From Rhizomicrobium sp. (GTDB taxonomy: Bacteria > Pseudomonadota > Alphaproteobacteria > Micropepsales > Micropepsaceae): a DNA stretch of 64,000 bases. The translations under genes and the position numbers were made by a program. The stretch lies in assembly GCA_037200985.1 (NCBI GenBank), contig JBBCGJ010000001.1, positions 718,756-782,755 on the forward strand. The letters are read 5' to 3'. Of the stretch, positions 19,423 through 30,250 are shown one piece after another; position 1 is the first letter of the stretch; each line of letters opens with the position of its first letter. The notes below the pieces were generated by a model. That model saw only the letters and a list, made by a program, of their open reading frames with translations, searched no databases and was not told where the DNA came from.

Positions 19423-20484
19423 ATGATCCAGGTTCGCGGCTATGCGGCCCATGACCCCCATTCTCCGCTCGTTCCGTTCAGCTTCGAGCGGCGCGACCCG
19501 GGGTCGCACGATATCCAGATCGAGATCCTCTACGCCGGCATCTGCCACTCCGACCTGCACCAGGCCCGCGACGATTGGGGCGGGGCGCTCTATCCCATGG
19601 TGCCGGGACACGAGATCGTCGGCCGCGTCGTCGCGGTCGGGAAACATGTCGAAAAGCTGAAGGTCGGCGACTATGCCGGCGTGGGCTGCATGGTCGATTC
19701 CTGCCGTCACTGCTCCGCCTGCAACGACAATCTTGAACAATATTGCGAGAACGGCGGGCCGACCCCGACCTATAACGGCAAGGAGCGCGACAGCAACCGG
19801 CTGGTCTTCGGCGGCTATTCCGAGCAGATCGTGGTCGAGGAGCGCTTCGTGGTGAATATCCCGGCCCATATGGACCTGAAGGCCGTCGCGCCGCTGCTGT
19901 GCGCCGGCATCACCACCTATTCGCCGCTGCGCCATTGGAAGGTCGGTTCCGGCCAGAAGGTCGGCGTGATCGGGCTGGGCGGCCTCGGCCATATGGGCGT
20001 GAAGTTCGCGCATGCGCTGGGCGCCCATGTCGTGATGATCACGAGCTCGCCGGAGAAGGGCAGGGACGCCAGGCGCCTGGGCGCCGACGACGTGCTGGTC
20101 TCGCGCGACGCGGCCGCCATGGCGGCGCACAAGGCGAGCTTCGACTTCCTGCTCAACACCATTCCGGTCGGCCACGATCTCAATCCCTATATCGATCTGC
20201 TCAAGCGCGACCGCACCATGGCGCTGGTCGGCGTGCTGACCGAGCTGGAGCCGGCGCTCAAGGGCGTCGGCCTGATCGCGGGACGCAAGAGCGTCACGGG
20301 CTCCGCCATCGGCGGCATGAAGGAAACGCAGGAGATGATCGATTTCTGCGCCGAGCACGGCATCGTCAGCGATATCGAGATGATCCCGATTGAGGCCGTG
20401 AACACGGCCTATGAGCGCCTGCTGAAGAACGACGTGAAATACCGTTTCGTCATCGACATGGCATCGCTGCGCAACGCGGCCTAA
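19423..20484 (+). CDS. Zn-dependent NAD(P) alcohol dehydrogenase (cinnamyl/YahK-like)
   Basis: GICHSDLH, GHEIVGRV, the CxxCxxC structural Zn site (CRHCSACNDNLEQYC) and GLGGLGHMG. Confidence 0.9.
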   Translation: MIQVRGYAAHDPHSPLVPFSFERRDPGSHDIQIEILYAGICHSDLHQARDDWGGALYPMVPGHEIVGRVVAVGKHVEKLKVGDYAGVGCMVDSCRHCSACNDNLEQYCENGGPTPTYNGKERDSNRLVFGGYSEQIVVEERFVVNIPAHMDLKAVAPLLCAGITTYSPLRHWKVGSGQKVGVIGLGGLGHMGVKFAHALGAHVVMITSSPEKGRDARRLGADDVLVSRDAAAMAAHKASFDFLLNTIPVGHDLNPYIDLLKRDRTMALVGVLTELEPALKGVGLIAGRKSVTGSAIGGMKETQEMIDFCAEHGIVSDIEMIPIEAVNTAYERLLKNDVKYRFVIDMASLRNAA

Positions 20485-21468
<984 letters not shown>

Positions 21469-21508
21469 GCGACGCGTGACAAATTTGCAAAGGATCGAGG
21501 CGATCCGG

Positions 21509-21557
21509 GCGCAGGATTGTGCTATCTGCCCACGATCGGTCTTGGAGAATCCTGCGC
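21509..21557 (+). promoter_or_regulatory. 10-bp perfect inverted repeat (GCGCAGGATT-N29-AATCCTGCGC) abutting the RBS of the QueD-like gene
   Basis: The 3' arm begins inside GGAGAA and ends 3 nt before the ATG at 21561. Confidence 0.4.
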
Positions 21558-21560
21558 ATC

Positions 21561-21935
21561 ATGTGGGAATTGACGAAAGCCTTCGGTTTCGAGGCGGCGC
21601 ATACGCTGCGCCGCGACATCGACCGCGAGGCCAGCCAGCGCATTCACGGGCACTCGTATAAGGCGGAGGTCACGGTCGCCGGAACGCCCGACCGCGCCTC
21701 CGGCATGGTGGTGGACATCGGCGTGCTCGAACGGCAACTGGGCGAGGTCCGCGCGCAACTGGATCATCAATTCCTCGACGACATCAAGGACATGGGCCCG
21801 GCGACGATGGAAAACATCGCGCGCTGGATCTGGGATCGGCTCGCAACTACCCTTCCGGGTCTTGTGCGGGTCACGGTTCTTCGCGAGAGTTGCGGCGAGC
21901 GTTGTGCCTATGAGGGGCGGGCCGCCGACGCATAA
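21561..21935 (+). CDS. 6-carboxytetrahydropterin synthase / 6-pyruvoyl-tetrahydropterin synthase family protein
   Basis: 124 aa from the ATG at 21561. FGFEAAHTL ... [10 protein letters not shown] motif set of the QueD/PTPS fold. Confidence 0.8.
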   Translation: MWELTKAFGFEAAHTLRRDIDREASQRIHGHSYKAEVTVAGTPDRASGMVVDIGVLERQLGEVRAQLDHQFLDDIKDMGPATMENIARWIWDRLATTLPGLVRVTVLRESCGERCAYEGRAADA

Positions 21936-21949
21936 GTCAGGAGCCCATC

Positions 21950-22813
21950 ATGGCCGACGCAGCTTTATCCGGCACTTTCAAGATCGGCGGCGATGTCGAG
22001 GTCCATCGGCTCGGTTTCGGCGCCATGCGCATCACCGGCGACGGCATCTGGGGTGAGCCCGCCGACCGCGCCGAATGCCTGCGCACGTTGAAGCGCTTGC
22101 CCGAACTCGGCGTGAACTTCATCGACACCGCCGACTCTTACGGACCCGATGTGTCGGAGAAGCTCATCCATGAGGCGCTGCACCCCTACAAAGGCATGCT
22201 GATCGCGACCAAAGCCGGTCTGGAACGCTCCGGCCCGAATGTGTGGACGCCGAACGGCCGGCCCGACTATCTCATCAAAGAAGCGCATAAGAGCCTCACG
22301 CAGCTCGGCGTAGAGCAGATCGGCCTGTGGCAGCTGCATCGCATCGATCCCAAGGTCCCTGCCGGCGAGCAGTTCGGCGCGATCAAGTCGCTGCTGAAGG
22401 ACGGTCTGATCAAGCATGCGGGGCTGAGCGAAGTCTCGGTCGCCGACATCGAAGCCGCTTCGAAAGTGTTCCAGGTCGCCACGGTCCAGAACCGTTACAA
22501 CCTGGTGGATCGCGGCAGCGAGGCCGTGCTCGACCATTGCGAGAAACGCGGCATCGGTTTCATTCCCTGGTTCCCGCTGGCGGCCGGAAGCCTCGCGAAA
22601 CCCGGATCGGTGCTCGATGCGATCGCGCGGAAGCACAAGGCGGCGCCCAGCCAGGTCGCGCTGGCATGGGTGCTGAAGCGCAGTCCGGTGATGCTGCCCA
22701 TCCCCGGCACGTCGAAAGTCCGTCATCTCGAAGAGAACGTGGCGGCGGTCGACATTCGTCTGAGCGACGACGAATTCGCCACGCTCGACCGGGCGGGGCG
22801 CAAAGCCGCCTGA
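21950..22813 (+). CDS. Aldo/keto reductase
   Basis: 287 aa. FIDTADSYG motif and AKR architecture. Confidence 0.9.
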   Translation: MADAALSGTFKIGGDVEVHRLGFGAMRITGDGIWGEPADRAECLRTLKRLPELGVNFIDTADSYGPDVSEKLIHEALHPYKGMLIATKAGLERSGPNVWTPNGRPDYLIKEAHKSLTQLGVEQIGLWQLHRIDPKVPAGEQFGAIKSLLKDGLIKHAGLSEVSVADIEAASKVFQVATVQNRYNLVDRGSEAVLDHCEKRGIGFIPWFPLAAGSLAKPGSVLDAIARKHKAAPSQVALAWVLKRSPVMLPIPGTSKVRHLEENVAAVDIRLSDDEFATLDRAGRKAA

Positions 22814-22827
22814 CGGAGGAGAACACG

Positions 22828-23289
22828 ATGTCCGCCTACAAGAAAGACGAAGCCGCGATCGCCCGGCTGACGCCGGAGCAATACCGCGTCACCCAGCAGA
22901 GCGGCACCGAGCGGCCGTTCGAGAACGCATTCTGGGACGCCAAGGACCCTGGCCTCTATGTCGACATCGTGTCCGGCGAGCCCTTGTTCGCGTCGGCCGA
23001 CAAATTCGACAGCGGCTGCGGCTGGCCCAGCTTCACCAAGCCGGTCGCGGGCGGCAAGATCGTCGAACGCACCGACACGACGCTGGGCATGCGGCGCACC
23101 GAAGTCCGCTCGGGCGGCGCCGACAGCCATCTCGGCCATGTCTTCGACGACGGGCCGGAGGAGGCGGGCGGTCTGCGCTACTGCATCAATTCCGCCGCGC
23201 TGCGCTTCGTACCCCTCGCCGACCTTGAGAAAGAGGGCTATGGCGACTATCTGAAGCTGTTCACAGCCGAAAACTGGAGGCAGAAATGA
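22828..23289 (+). CDS. msrB: Peptide-methionine (R)-S-oxide reductase
   Basis: ATG at 22828 after GGAGGAG. GCGWPSF and RYCINS motifs. 153 aa. Confidence 0.95.
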   Translation: MSAYKKDEAAIARLTPEQYRVTQQSGTERPFENAFWDAKDPGLYVDIVSGEPLFASADKFDSGCGWPSFTKPVAGGKIVERTDTTLGMRRTEVRSGGADSHLGHVFDDGPEEAGGLRYCINSAALRFVPLADLEKEGYGDYLKLFTAENWRQK

Positions 23290-23813
23290 GCGAAGAACGG
23301 GCCATTCTCGCGGGCGGATGCTTTTGGGGCGTGCAGGACCTCCTGCGCAAATATCCCGGCGTGATCTCCACCCGCGTCGGCTACAGCGGCGGCGACACCC
23401 CGAACGCGACCTACCGCAATCACGGCGACCACGCCGAGGCGGTCGAGATCGCCTTCGATCCGGCGAAGATCGGCTATCGCAAGCTCCTGGAATTCTTCTT
23501 CCAGATCCACGATCCCACGACCGTGGACCGCCAGGGCAATGACCGCGGCCGCAGCTACCGCTCTGCGATCTTCTACACCAACGACGAGCAGAAGCGCGTC
23601 GCGCTGGACACCATCGCCGATGTCGAAGCCTCCGGCCTATGGCCGGGCAAGGTCGTGACCGAGGTCAAGCCGGCCGGCGCGTTCTGGGAGGCCGAGCCGG
23701 AGCACCAGGACTATCTGGTGAAATATCCCAGCGGCTACACCTGCCACTTCATCCGCAAGGACTGGGTCCTGCCGCACCGGAACGAAGCAAAGCTCAGCAG
23801 CGCGGCGGAGTGA
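23286..23813 (+). CDS. msrA: Peptide-methionine (S)-S-oxide reductase
   Basis: GGCFWG active-site motif. ATGA overlap with msrB. Confidence 0.95.
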   Translation: MSEERAILAGGCFWGVQDLLRKYPGVISTRVGYSGGDTPNATYRNHGDHAEAVEIAFDPAKIGYRKLLEFFFQIHDPTTVDRQGNDRGRSYRSAIFYTNDEQKRVALDTIADVEASGLWPGKVVTEVKPAGAFWEAEPEHQDYLVKYPSGYTCHFIRKDWVLPHRNEAKLSSAAE

Positions 23814-23828
23814 ACGTCCGGCGCGCGA

Positions 23829-23859
23829 TTGGATCGCCCGCACGACGCGGGCGATCCAA
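23829..23859. repeat. Palindromic REP-like hairpin TTGGATCGCCCGC-ACGAC-GCGGGCGATCCAA (family A)
   Basis: 13-bp perfect stem between convergent msrA and the hydrolase gene. The same core ATTGGATCGCCCGC-N5-GCGGGCGAT recurs at 37426-37454. Confidence 0.8.
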
Positions 23860-23875
23860 GGCGTCTTGGAACCGA

Positions 23876-24841
23876 TCAGCTCTGGATGAACGCCAGCAGG
23901 TCGGCGTTGATCGTCGGCGCTTCGGTGGTCGGCATCCCGTGCGGGAAGCCGTGATAGGTCTTCAGCGTGCCGTTCTTCAGGAGCGCGGCGGATTTCGGCG
24001 CGGAGTCCGCGTAAGGCACGATCTGGTCGTCGTCGCCATGCATCACCAGCACCGGCACGGTGATCTTCTTCAGGTCGGCGGTGAAATCGGTCTGCGAGAA
24101 GGCGACGATGCCGTCGTAATGCGCCTTGGCGCCGCCCATCATGCCCTGGCGCCACCAGTTCTGGATGATGCCCTCCGACGGCTTCGTACCCGGCCGGTTG
24201 TAGCCGTAGAACGGCCCCGCCGGCACGTCGCGATAGAACTGCGCGCGATTGGTCGCGACCTGGGCCTGGAAGTCGTCGAACACCGATTTGGGCAGGCCTT
24301 CCGGATTGGCGTCGGTCTTCACCATCAGCGGCGGCACGGCGCTGATCAGCACGCCCTTGGCGACGCGCGCCTGGCCGTGGCGGGCAATGTAGCGGGTCAC
24401 CTCGCCGCCGCCGGTGGAGTGTCCGACATGCACCGCGCCCTTCAGGTCGAGGTGCTCGACCACCGCCAGCAGGTCGTCGGCATAGTGGTCCATGTCGTGG
24501 CCGTTCGCGACCTGGGTCGAGCGGCCATGGCCGCGGCGGTCATGCGCGATCACCCGATAGCCGTGATTGAGGAAGAACATCATCTGCGCGTCCCAGTCGT
24601 CCGCCGACAGCGGCCAACCATGGCTGAACACGATGGGCCGACCCGAGCCCCAATCCTTGTAGTAGATCTGGACGCCGTCCTTGGTCGTGACATAGCTCTC
24701 ATGCGCGCGCGCCGGCGGCGCCTTCGCCGGCGGTTTCGCCGCGGCCCCGGCCTCCGTGGCGGCGACCGCGACGGCCGTCGCGACGCCGACGCCGGCCAGC
24801 AGATCGCGGCGCGATGCCGAAGAAGACTGCGAATTGGTCAT
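23876..24841 (-). CDS. Secreted alpha/beta hydrolase (non-haem haloperoxidase/esterase-like) with a Tat signal
   Basis: ATG at 24841. Twin-arginine [22 protein letters not shown], nucleophile elbow GHSTGG. Confidence 0.85.
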   Translation of the reverse strand: MTNSQSSSASRRDLLAGVGVATAVAVAATEAGAAAKPPAKAPPARAHESYVTTKDGVQIYYKDWGSGRPIVFSHGWPLSADDWDAQMMFFLNHGYRVIAHDRRGHGRSTQVANGHDMDHYADDLLAVVEHLDLKGAVHVGHSTGGGEVTRYIARHGQARVAKGVLISAVPPLMVKTDANPEGLPKSVFDDFQAQVATNRAQFYRDVPAGPFYGYNRPGTKPSEGIIQNWWRQGMMGGAKAHYDGIVAFSQTDFTADLKKITVPVLVMHGDDDQIVPYADSAPKSAALLKNGTLKTYHGFPHGMPTTEAPTINADLLAFIQS

Positions 24842-24965
24842 GGTATTTTCCCTCTTGAGAATAGCGTGGATGGTTCGTGCCGTCGCCGCGAACGGCGCCG
24901 ACAGGTGCATTATATGCTTTCCGGCACATGCCATGATTCGAAGCGTAAGCGCGCTCCCACGAACC

Positions 24966-27413
24966 TCATGCGTCGAGCATTTTGCGGACTTTGTTGGTGA
25001 GCGCCGACATCGCGAAAGGCTTGGTGAGCACTTCCATCCCATGCCCCAGCCGGCCGCTGGCGACGCTGGCGTTTTCCGCATAGCCGGTGATGAAGAGCAC
25101 CTTGAAGTCCTTGCGCGCGGCGCGCGCCGCCTCGGCCAGTTCGCTCCCGTTCATGCCGCCGGGCAGCCCGACATCGGTGATCAGCAGCGCAATGCGGGGC
25201 CGGGCCTTCAGGATCTTGAGCGCCGCCGCGGCGTCGCATGCCTCGAGCACCTCATAGCCGCTCTCCGTCAGGACTTCGGTCGCCAGCATCCGCACCGTCG
25301 GTTCGTCGTCGACCACGAGGATGGTTTCGCCCGCGCCGGGATGGGTCCGCTCGGCGGTCCCGTCGGCGTCCGCATCCGCCGTTCCGAAATGGCGCGGAAG
25401 ATAGAGGCACATGGTCGTGCCCTTGCCGACCTCGGTGTAGATGCGGACCTGCCCGCCCGATTGGCGGGCGAAGCCGTAGATCATGGACAGCCCCAGTCCC
25501 GTGCCCTGGCCCAGCGGCTTGGTCGTGTAGAACGGATCGAAGGCGCGGGCCGCCACCTCCGGCGTCATGCCCGTGCCGGTATCGGAGACGCACAGCGAAA
25601 TATATTGTCCCGGCGGCAGTTCGCGCTCCGCCGCCGCGCGCTCGTCGAGCCATCGGTTGGCGGTCTCGATGATCAGCTTGCCGCCGTTCGGCATCGCGTC
25701 GCGCGCATTGATGCACAGATTGAGGAGCGCGCTCTCGAGCTGCGGCGCATCGACCCGCGTCGGCCACAGCCCGCCCGCGCCCACCACCTCGACCGCGATA
25801 TTGGGGCCGACCGAGCGGCGGACGAGATCCTCCATGCCGGCGATGAGCCGGTTCACGTCGGTCGGCCGGGGATCGAGCGTCTGGCGCCGCGAGAACGCCA
25901 ACAGGCGGTGGGTGAGCGCCGCCGCGCGGTTGGCGGATTCCAGCGCGGCGTTCAGGAAGCGGTCCGCGTCGCCGGCGCGGCCGTCGGCGATGCGGTGCCG
26001 GGCGCGGTCCAGCGCGCCGGTGATGCCTTGCAGGAGGTTGTTGAAATCATGCGCCAGGCCGCCGGTCAGTTGGCCGACCGCTTCCATCTTCTGCGCCTGG
26101 CGCAACTGCTCTTCGAGGTTCTGGCGCTCGGTGATGTCCCGCGCCGTGACCGCAAGGCGCGGCTTCTGGCCGGGCTCGGCCGGGATCGGCGTCACGACCG
26201 CCTCGATTGTGGAATCGCCCTGCGCTCTGGAATATCGATAAGGCACGTCGTGCTTCAGCGCTTTCGCGAGGTGCGCATTCAGGATTGCGGCGGCGTCCGG
26301 GCCCAGGATCTCGTCGACGGTCCGGCCGATCACCTCTTCGCGCGACCTGGCGTAGAGGCGCAGCGTGGCGGGATTGATCTCGTCATACTCGAACCGGCCG
26401 TCCTCGCGCAGCGCCAGCGTCGCATGGCACTCGGACGAGTGCAGGTAGAAGGTCTGGATGTTCCTCAGGTCCGCCGTGCGGTCCGCGACCCGGCGCTCGA
26501 GCGTTTCGTTCGCGGCCTGGAGCGCGATCTCCATCTTCTTGCGCTCGGTCACGTCGACGCCTTGCACGAAGATGCCGATCACCGCGCCCTGGCCGTCCAG
26601 GATGGGCTGATAGACGAAGTCGACATAGCGTTCGTCGATCGGCCCGGCCGGCCTGTCCTGTCGCAGATATTTGGAGCCGACCGCCGAGTAGACCTTTCCC
26701 TCGCGAAAGACGCCGTCGAGGATGTCCAGATAGCCCTGCGCGACCGCATCGGGCAGAGCCTCGGCGAGGGTGCGCCCGATCACGGGGCGGTGCCCCACGA
26801 GTTCCAGATAGCGCGGATTGGCCAGCTCGAAGACATGGTCGGGCCCGCGCAGCATGGCCATGAAGGTCGGCGCCTGCTCGAACAGGCGGGACAGCCTCTG
26901 CTGCTCCGATGTCAGGAGCCGGTTGGCGATGACCTGATCGGTGATTTCCATGCAGGCGCCGAACAATCCCGCGACGGTTCCGTCCTCCCGCCGCGCCGGC
27001 GTATACGAAAAGGCGAAATGCGCCTCCTCCGGCTTGCCGCGCCGGTCCAGGGCCAGCGAGATGTCGTCCATATGAACGGGCTGCCCGGCCCAAACCTGGT
27101 CGAACAGCGGCTCCAGATCCGTCCATGCTTCGGCCCAGACCGCGCTGGCGGGCATGCCGAGACAATCGGGATGCTTGCGCCCCGCGATCGGGATGAAGGC
27201 GTCGTTGTAGAACCAGGTCCGCTCCGAGCCCCAGGCGATGAACATCGGCTGGCGGGAATCCAGCATGAGCTCGACCAGCGTTTTGAGCTCGACGGGCCAG
27301 GTTTCGATGGCGCCCAGCGGTGTGCGCGTCCATGGGTGCGCCGCGATCCTCGCACCGAGAGCGCCCGCCGCTGCCCAGCGGGGTCGGGCATCGGTGGAAC
27401 GTTGACCGGTCAC
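24966..27413 (-). CDS. Hybrid sensor histidine kinase/response regulator with multiple PAS domains
   Basis: H-box [10 protein letters not shown] box NARDAM, DTGTGM, GTGLGLS, and a C-terminal receiver ([10 protein letters not shown]). Confidence 0.9.
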   Translation of the reverse strand: MTGQRSTDARPRWAAAGALGARIAAHPWTRTPLGAIETWPVELKTLVELMLDSRQPMFIAWGSERTWFYNDAFIPIAGRKHPDCLGMPASAVWAEAWTDLEPLFDQVWAGQPVHMDDISLALDRRGKPEEAHFAFSYTPARREDGTVAGLFGACMEITDQVIANRLLTSEQQRLSRLFEQAPTFMAMLRGPDHVFELANPRYLELVGHRPVIGRTLAEALPDAVAQGYLDILDGVFREGKVYSAVGSKYLRQDRPAGPIDERYVDFVYQPILDGQGAVIGIFVQGVDVTERKKMEIALQAANETLERRVADRTADLRNIQTFYLHSSECHATLALREDGRFEYDEINPATLRLYARSREEVIGRTVDEILGPDAAAILNAHLAKALKHDVPYRYSRAQGDSTIEAVVTPIPAEPGQKPRLAVTARDITERQNLEEQLRQAQKMEAVGQLTGGLAHDFNNLLQGITGALDRARHRIADGRAGDADRFLNAALESANRAAALTHRLLAFSRRQTLDPRPTDVNRLIAGMEDLVRRSVGPNIAVEVVGAGGLWPTRVDAPQLESALLNLCINARDAMPNGGKLIIETANRWLDERAAAERELPPGQYISLCVSDTGTGMTPEVAARAFDPFYTTKPLGQGTGLGLSMIYGFARQSGGQVRIYTEVGKGTTMCLYLPRHFGTADADADGTAERTHPGAGETILVVDDEPTVRMLATEVLTESGYEVLEACDAAAALKILKARPRIALLITDVGLPGGMNGSELAEAARAARKDFKVLFITGYAENASVASGRLGHGMEVLTKPFAMSALTNKVRKMLDA

Positions 27414-27570
27414 AGACTTGCCCCCGAGAGTTCCCGCCTAGCTGAAATGCAAACGCTTGCACAAAGTTCCCGTCAGCCGCGTGGGTGTGCTGCGGCGTGC
27501 GGGGCGCAAACGCTAACGGCGCGTTAGCCTGAAGAACCTAGGGTGGTACCTCTAAACGAGGTCCAACCCT

Positions 27571-29754
27571 ATGTCCCTGCATCGTGAAGATGAAGATCGC
27601 CGTCTTGCGGCATTGAGCGAATATGGCGTCGACGAAGCGCTGGCCGAACCGGGATTCGAACGCCTCGTGCAGCTCGCGGCGCACGTCTTCGACGTGCCGA
27701 TCGCGCTCGTCTCCCTCGTTGAGGCAGAGCGGCAGATCTTCGCGGCACGCGTCGGGCTCGATGTCTGCGAGACGTCGCGCGACGTCTCGTTCTGCGCCCA
27801 TGCCATTCGCGGCGACGACATCATGGTCGTGCCGGACGCGACGCGGGACGACCGCTTCCGGGAGAACCCGCTGGTCACCGGCGCGCCGCATATCCGTTTC
27901 TACGCAGGCGCGCCGCTCCGGGCGCCCTCGGGCGCGAAGATCGGCACGCTCTGCATCATCGATACGAAGCCGCATGGGAGTTTCGGCGATTCCGAGCGTC
28001 GCAATCTGACCGACCTCGCGGCGCTTGTGCTGGACAAGCTTGAGATGCGCCGGCTGGAGCTGGCGCGGCGCGAGAGCCAGAACCGCTTCGAGAACATCGC
28101 CGCCACCTCGCCCGACGCCATCATCTGCGCCGACTATGCCGGCCGCGTGACCTTCTGGAACGTCGCGGCGGAGCGGCTTCTGGGATATTCCGCCGCCGAG
28201 ATCGCCGGCGAGACGATCGACAAGATCGCGCCGGACCGCATATTGAACAGGCTCCGCTATCTGGCGGCGACCGTCGAATCGCTCGTGGAAGGCCGCACCG
28301 CGGAGCTCGACATGCACCGCAAGGACGGCACGACGGTCCCCGTCGAGCTCTCCGTGTCGACCTGGCGCGAGGCGGGGCGCACCAGCTTCGGCGCGATCCT
28401 GCGCGACGTCACCGAGCGCCGCGCCAACGAGGTGCGGCTGTTCCGCTTGGCGCATCTGGACCCGCTCACGCAATTGCCGAACCGGATGCTGTTCAAGAGC
28501 CGTATCGAGCAGGTGCTTCAGACCGAGGAGTCGGCCTGCGTCATGCTCGTCGATCTCGACGGCTTCAAGGACGTCAACGATAGCCTGGGCCATTCGGCCG
28601 GCGACGCAGTGCTCATCGACGTCGCCCAGCGCCTGCTGTCGAGCGTGCGCCCCGACGACACTGTCGCCCGCATGGGCGGCGACGAGTTCGCGATCCTCAT
28701 TCCCGCCATGGGCGATCCCTTCCGGGCGTCGGAGATCGCAGACGCGGCGATCGAGAGCGTTTCGCGGCTCGTGACGATCGAGGGCCAGCCGGTCCAGATC
28801 GGCGCGAGCGTCGGGATCGCGATTTTCCCCGCCCACGGTTCGCGCGGCGACGAATTGCTGTCGAACGCGGATCTGGCGCTCTACCAGGCCAAGGCGGAGG
28901 GCCGTCACTGCCGGCGCTTCTTCACCCCGGCGCTGCGTCACGCGGCGTCCCTGCGCCACGCCTATCAGGGCGAATTGCGCCGCGCCTATCAGGAGGGCGA
29001 GTTCGAGCTGTTCTACCAGCCGCAGGTCCGCCTTTCCGACCGGACGCTGGTCGGCGCGGAGGCGCTGCTGCGCTGGCGGCATCCCGAGAAGGGGATCATC
29101 GCGCCGGGCGCCTTCCTTCCCGCGCTGGAAACGAGCCCGCTGGCCGCGCAGATCGGCGATTGGGCCATCCGCATGGCATGCAAGCAGGCCGCCGAATGGC
29201 GCGGCAACGGCGCGTCCTCGTTCCGCATAGGCGTCAATCTTTTCGGCGGCCAGTTCCGCACCAGCGATCTGGCCCGCAAGGTGCGCGCCGCCCTGGCCGA
29301 GGCCGAACTGCCGCCGGCCGCGCTGGAACTGGAGATCACCGAGAACATCATCCTGCGGCATGACGACGAGATGATCGGTCCCTTGCGCGAGCTTCATGCC
29401 GAGGGAGTCGGCATCGCCTTCGACGACTACGGCACGGGATACGCCTCGCTCAGCATGCTCAAGCGCTATCCCTTGAACCGGCTCAAGGTCGATCAGTCCT
29501 TCGTGCGGGGCATGTGCGAATCCCCGACCGACGCCGCGATCGTGCGCGCCATCCTCTATCTCGGGCGCAGCTTCGGATGCGAGGTGATCGCCGAAGGCGT
29601 CGAGACCGAGGAGCAGCTCGCGCGGCTGCGCAAGAAGGGGTGCGAGGAAGGGCAGGGCTATCTGTTCGGCCGTCCGATGACCGCGCGGGAATTCGGCACG
29701 CGCTTCGGATTTCTCGGCGCGGCGCAGGCCAAGCCCCGGCGCAACGCCGGATAG
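27571..29754 (+). CDS. GAF-PAS-GGDEF-EAL protein (c-di-GMP cyclase/phosphodiesterase)
   Basis: RMGGDEFAIL, EALLRW and DDYGTGYAS motifs. N-terminal GAF-like region. Confidence 0.9.
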   Translation: MSLHREDEDRRLAALSEYGVDEALAEPGFERLVQLAAHVFDVPIALVSLVEAERQIFAARVGLDVCETSRDVSFCAHAIRGDDIMVVPDATRDDRFRENPLVTGAPHIRFYAGAPLRAPSGAKIGTLCIIDTKPHGSFGDSERRNLTDLAALVLDKLEMRRLELARRESQNRFENIAATSPDAIICADYAGRVTFWNVAAERLLGYSAAEIAGETIDKIAPDRILNRLRYLAATVESLVEGRTAELDMHRKDGTTVPVELSVSTWREAGRTSFGAILRDVTERRANEVRLFRLAHLDPLTQLPNRMLFKSRIEQVLQTEESACVMLVDLDGFKDVNDSLGHSAGDAVLIDVAQRLLSSVRPDDTVARMGGDEFAILIPAMGDPFRASEIADAAIESVSRLVTIEGQPVQIGASVGIAIFPAHGSRGDELLSNADLALYQAKAEGRHCRRFFTPALRHAASLRHAYQGELRRAYQEGEFELFYQPQVRLSDRTLVGAEALLRWRHPEKGIIAPGAFLPALETSPLAAQIGDWAIRMACKQAAEWRGNGASSFRIGVNLFGGQFRTSDLARKVRAALAEAELPPAALELEITENIILRHDDEMIGPLRELHAEGVGIAFDDYGTGYASLSMLKRYPLNRLKVDQSFVRGMCESPTDAAIVRAILYLGRSFGCEVIAEGVETEEQLARLRKKGCEEGQGYLFGRPMTAREFGTRFGFLGAAQAKPRRNAG

Positions 29755-29755
29755 G

Positions 29756-30250
29756 TCAGTAGGTCACCGTCACCGTGATGCCGTCCGTATAAAGGCCGGG
29801 CGTCGCGAACTGGCGAGCGGCGAGGCTGCCATAGGCGGTGAACGTCGTCAGGGAGAGCCCGGTGCTGGCGGCATAGGCTTGCGTTGCCGTCGGCGTGGTG
29901 CCGTCGCCCCAGATCGTGCCGAGCGACGCGGTCGTGTAGAGATTGTAGTTGAGGCGCGCGGCGCCGAAGGCCATCTTCCGCTGGTTGAACGTGCCGTTCG
30001 TGCCGGCGGACAGCGCGATCGTGAAACTCGGCAAGGTCGAGGCCAGCACGACCGTGCAGGTGACGGTGACGGTTCCGTTGGACGGCGTGGCGGCCGCGGC
30101 GCCCGGCGAATACAGTCCGAACGACACCCCCGTGGCCAGCACCAGGATCGGATTGAGCCCGGTGCCGCAAGCCGCCGCCGCGGCCGGCATCGGCGCCGCG
30201 AGCAGGGTGGCGCCGAGAAGATAGCCGAACATACGCGCACCGATTGTCAT
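29756..30250 (-). CDS. Spore coat U (SCPU) domain pilus subunit
   Basis: ATG at 30250 overlaps the usher stop (ATGA). Signal peptide, then a Thr/Gly/Ala-rich SCPU pattern ending ...GITVTVTY. Confidence 0.8.
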   Translation of the reverse strand: MTIGARMFGYLLGATLLAAPMPAAAAACGTGLNPILVLATGVSFGLYSPGAAAATPSNGTVTVTCTVVLASTLPSFTIALSAGTNGTFNQRKMAFGAARLNYNLYTTASLGTIWGDGTTPTATQAYAASTGLSLTTFTAYGSLAARQFATPGLYTDGITVTVTY

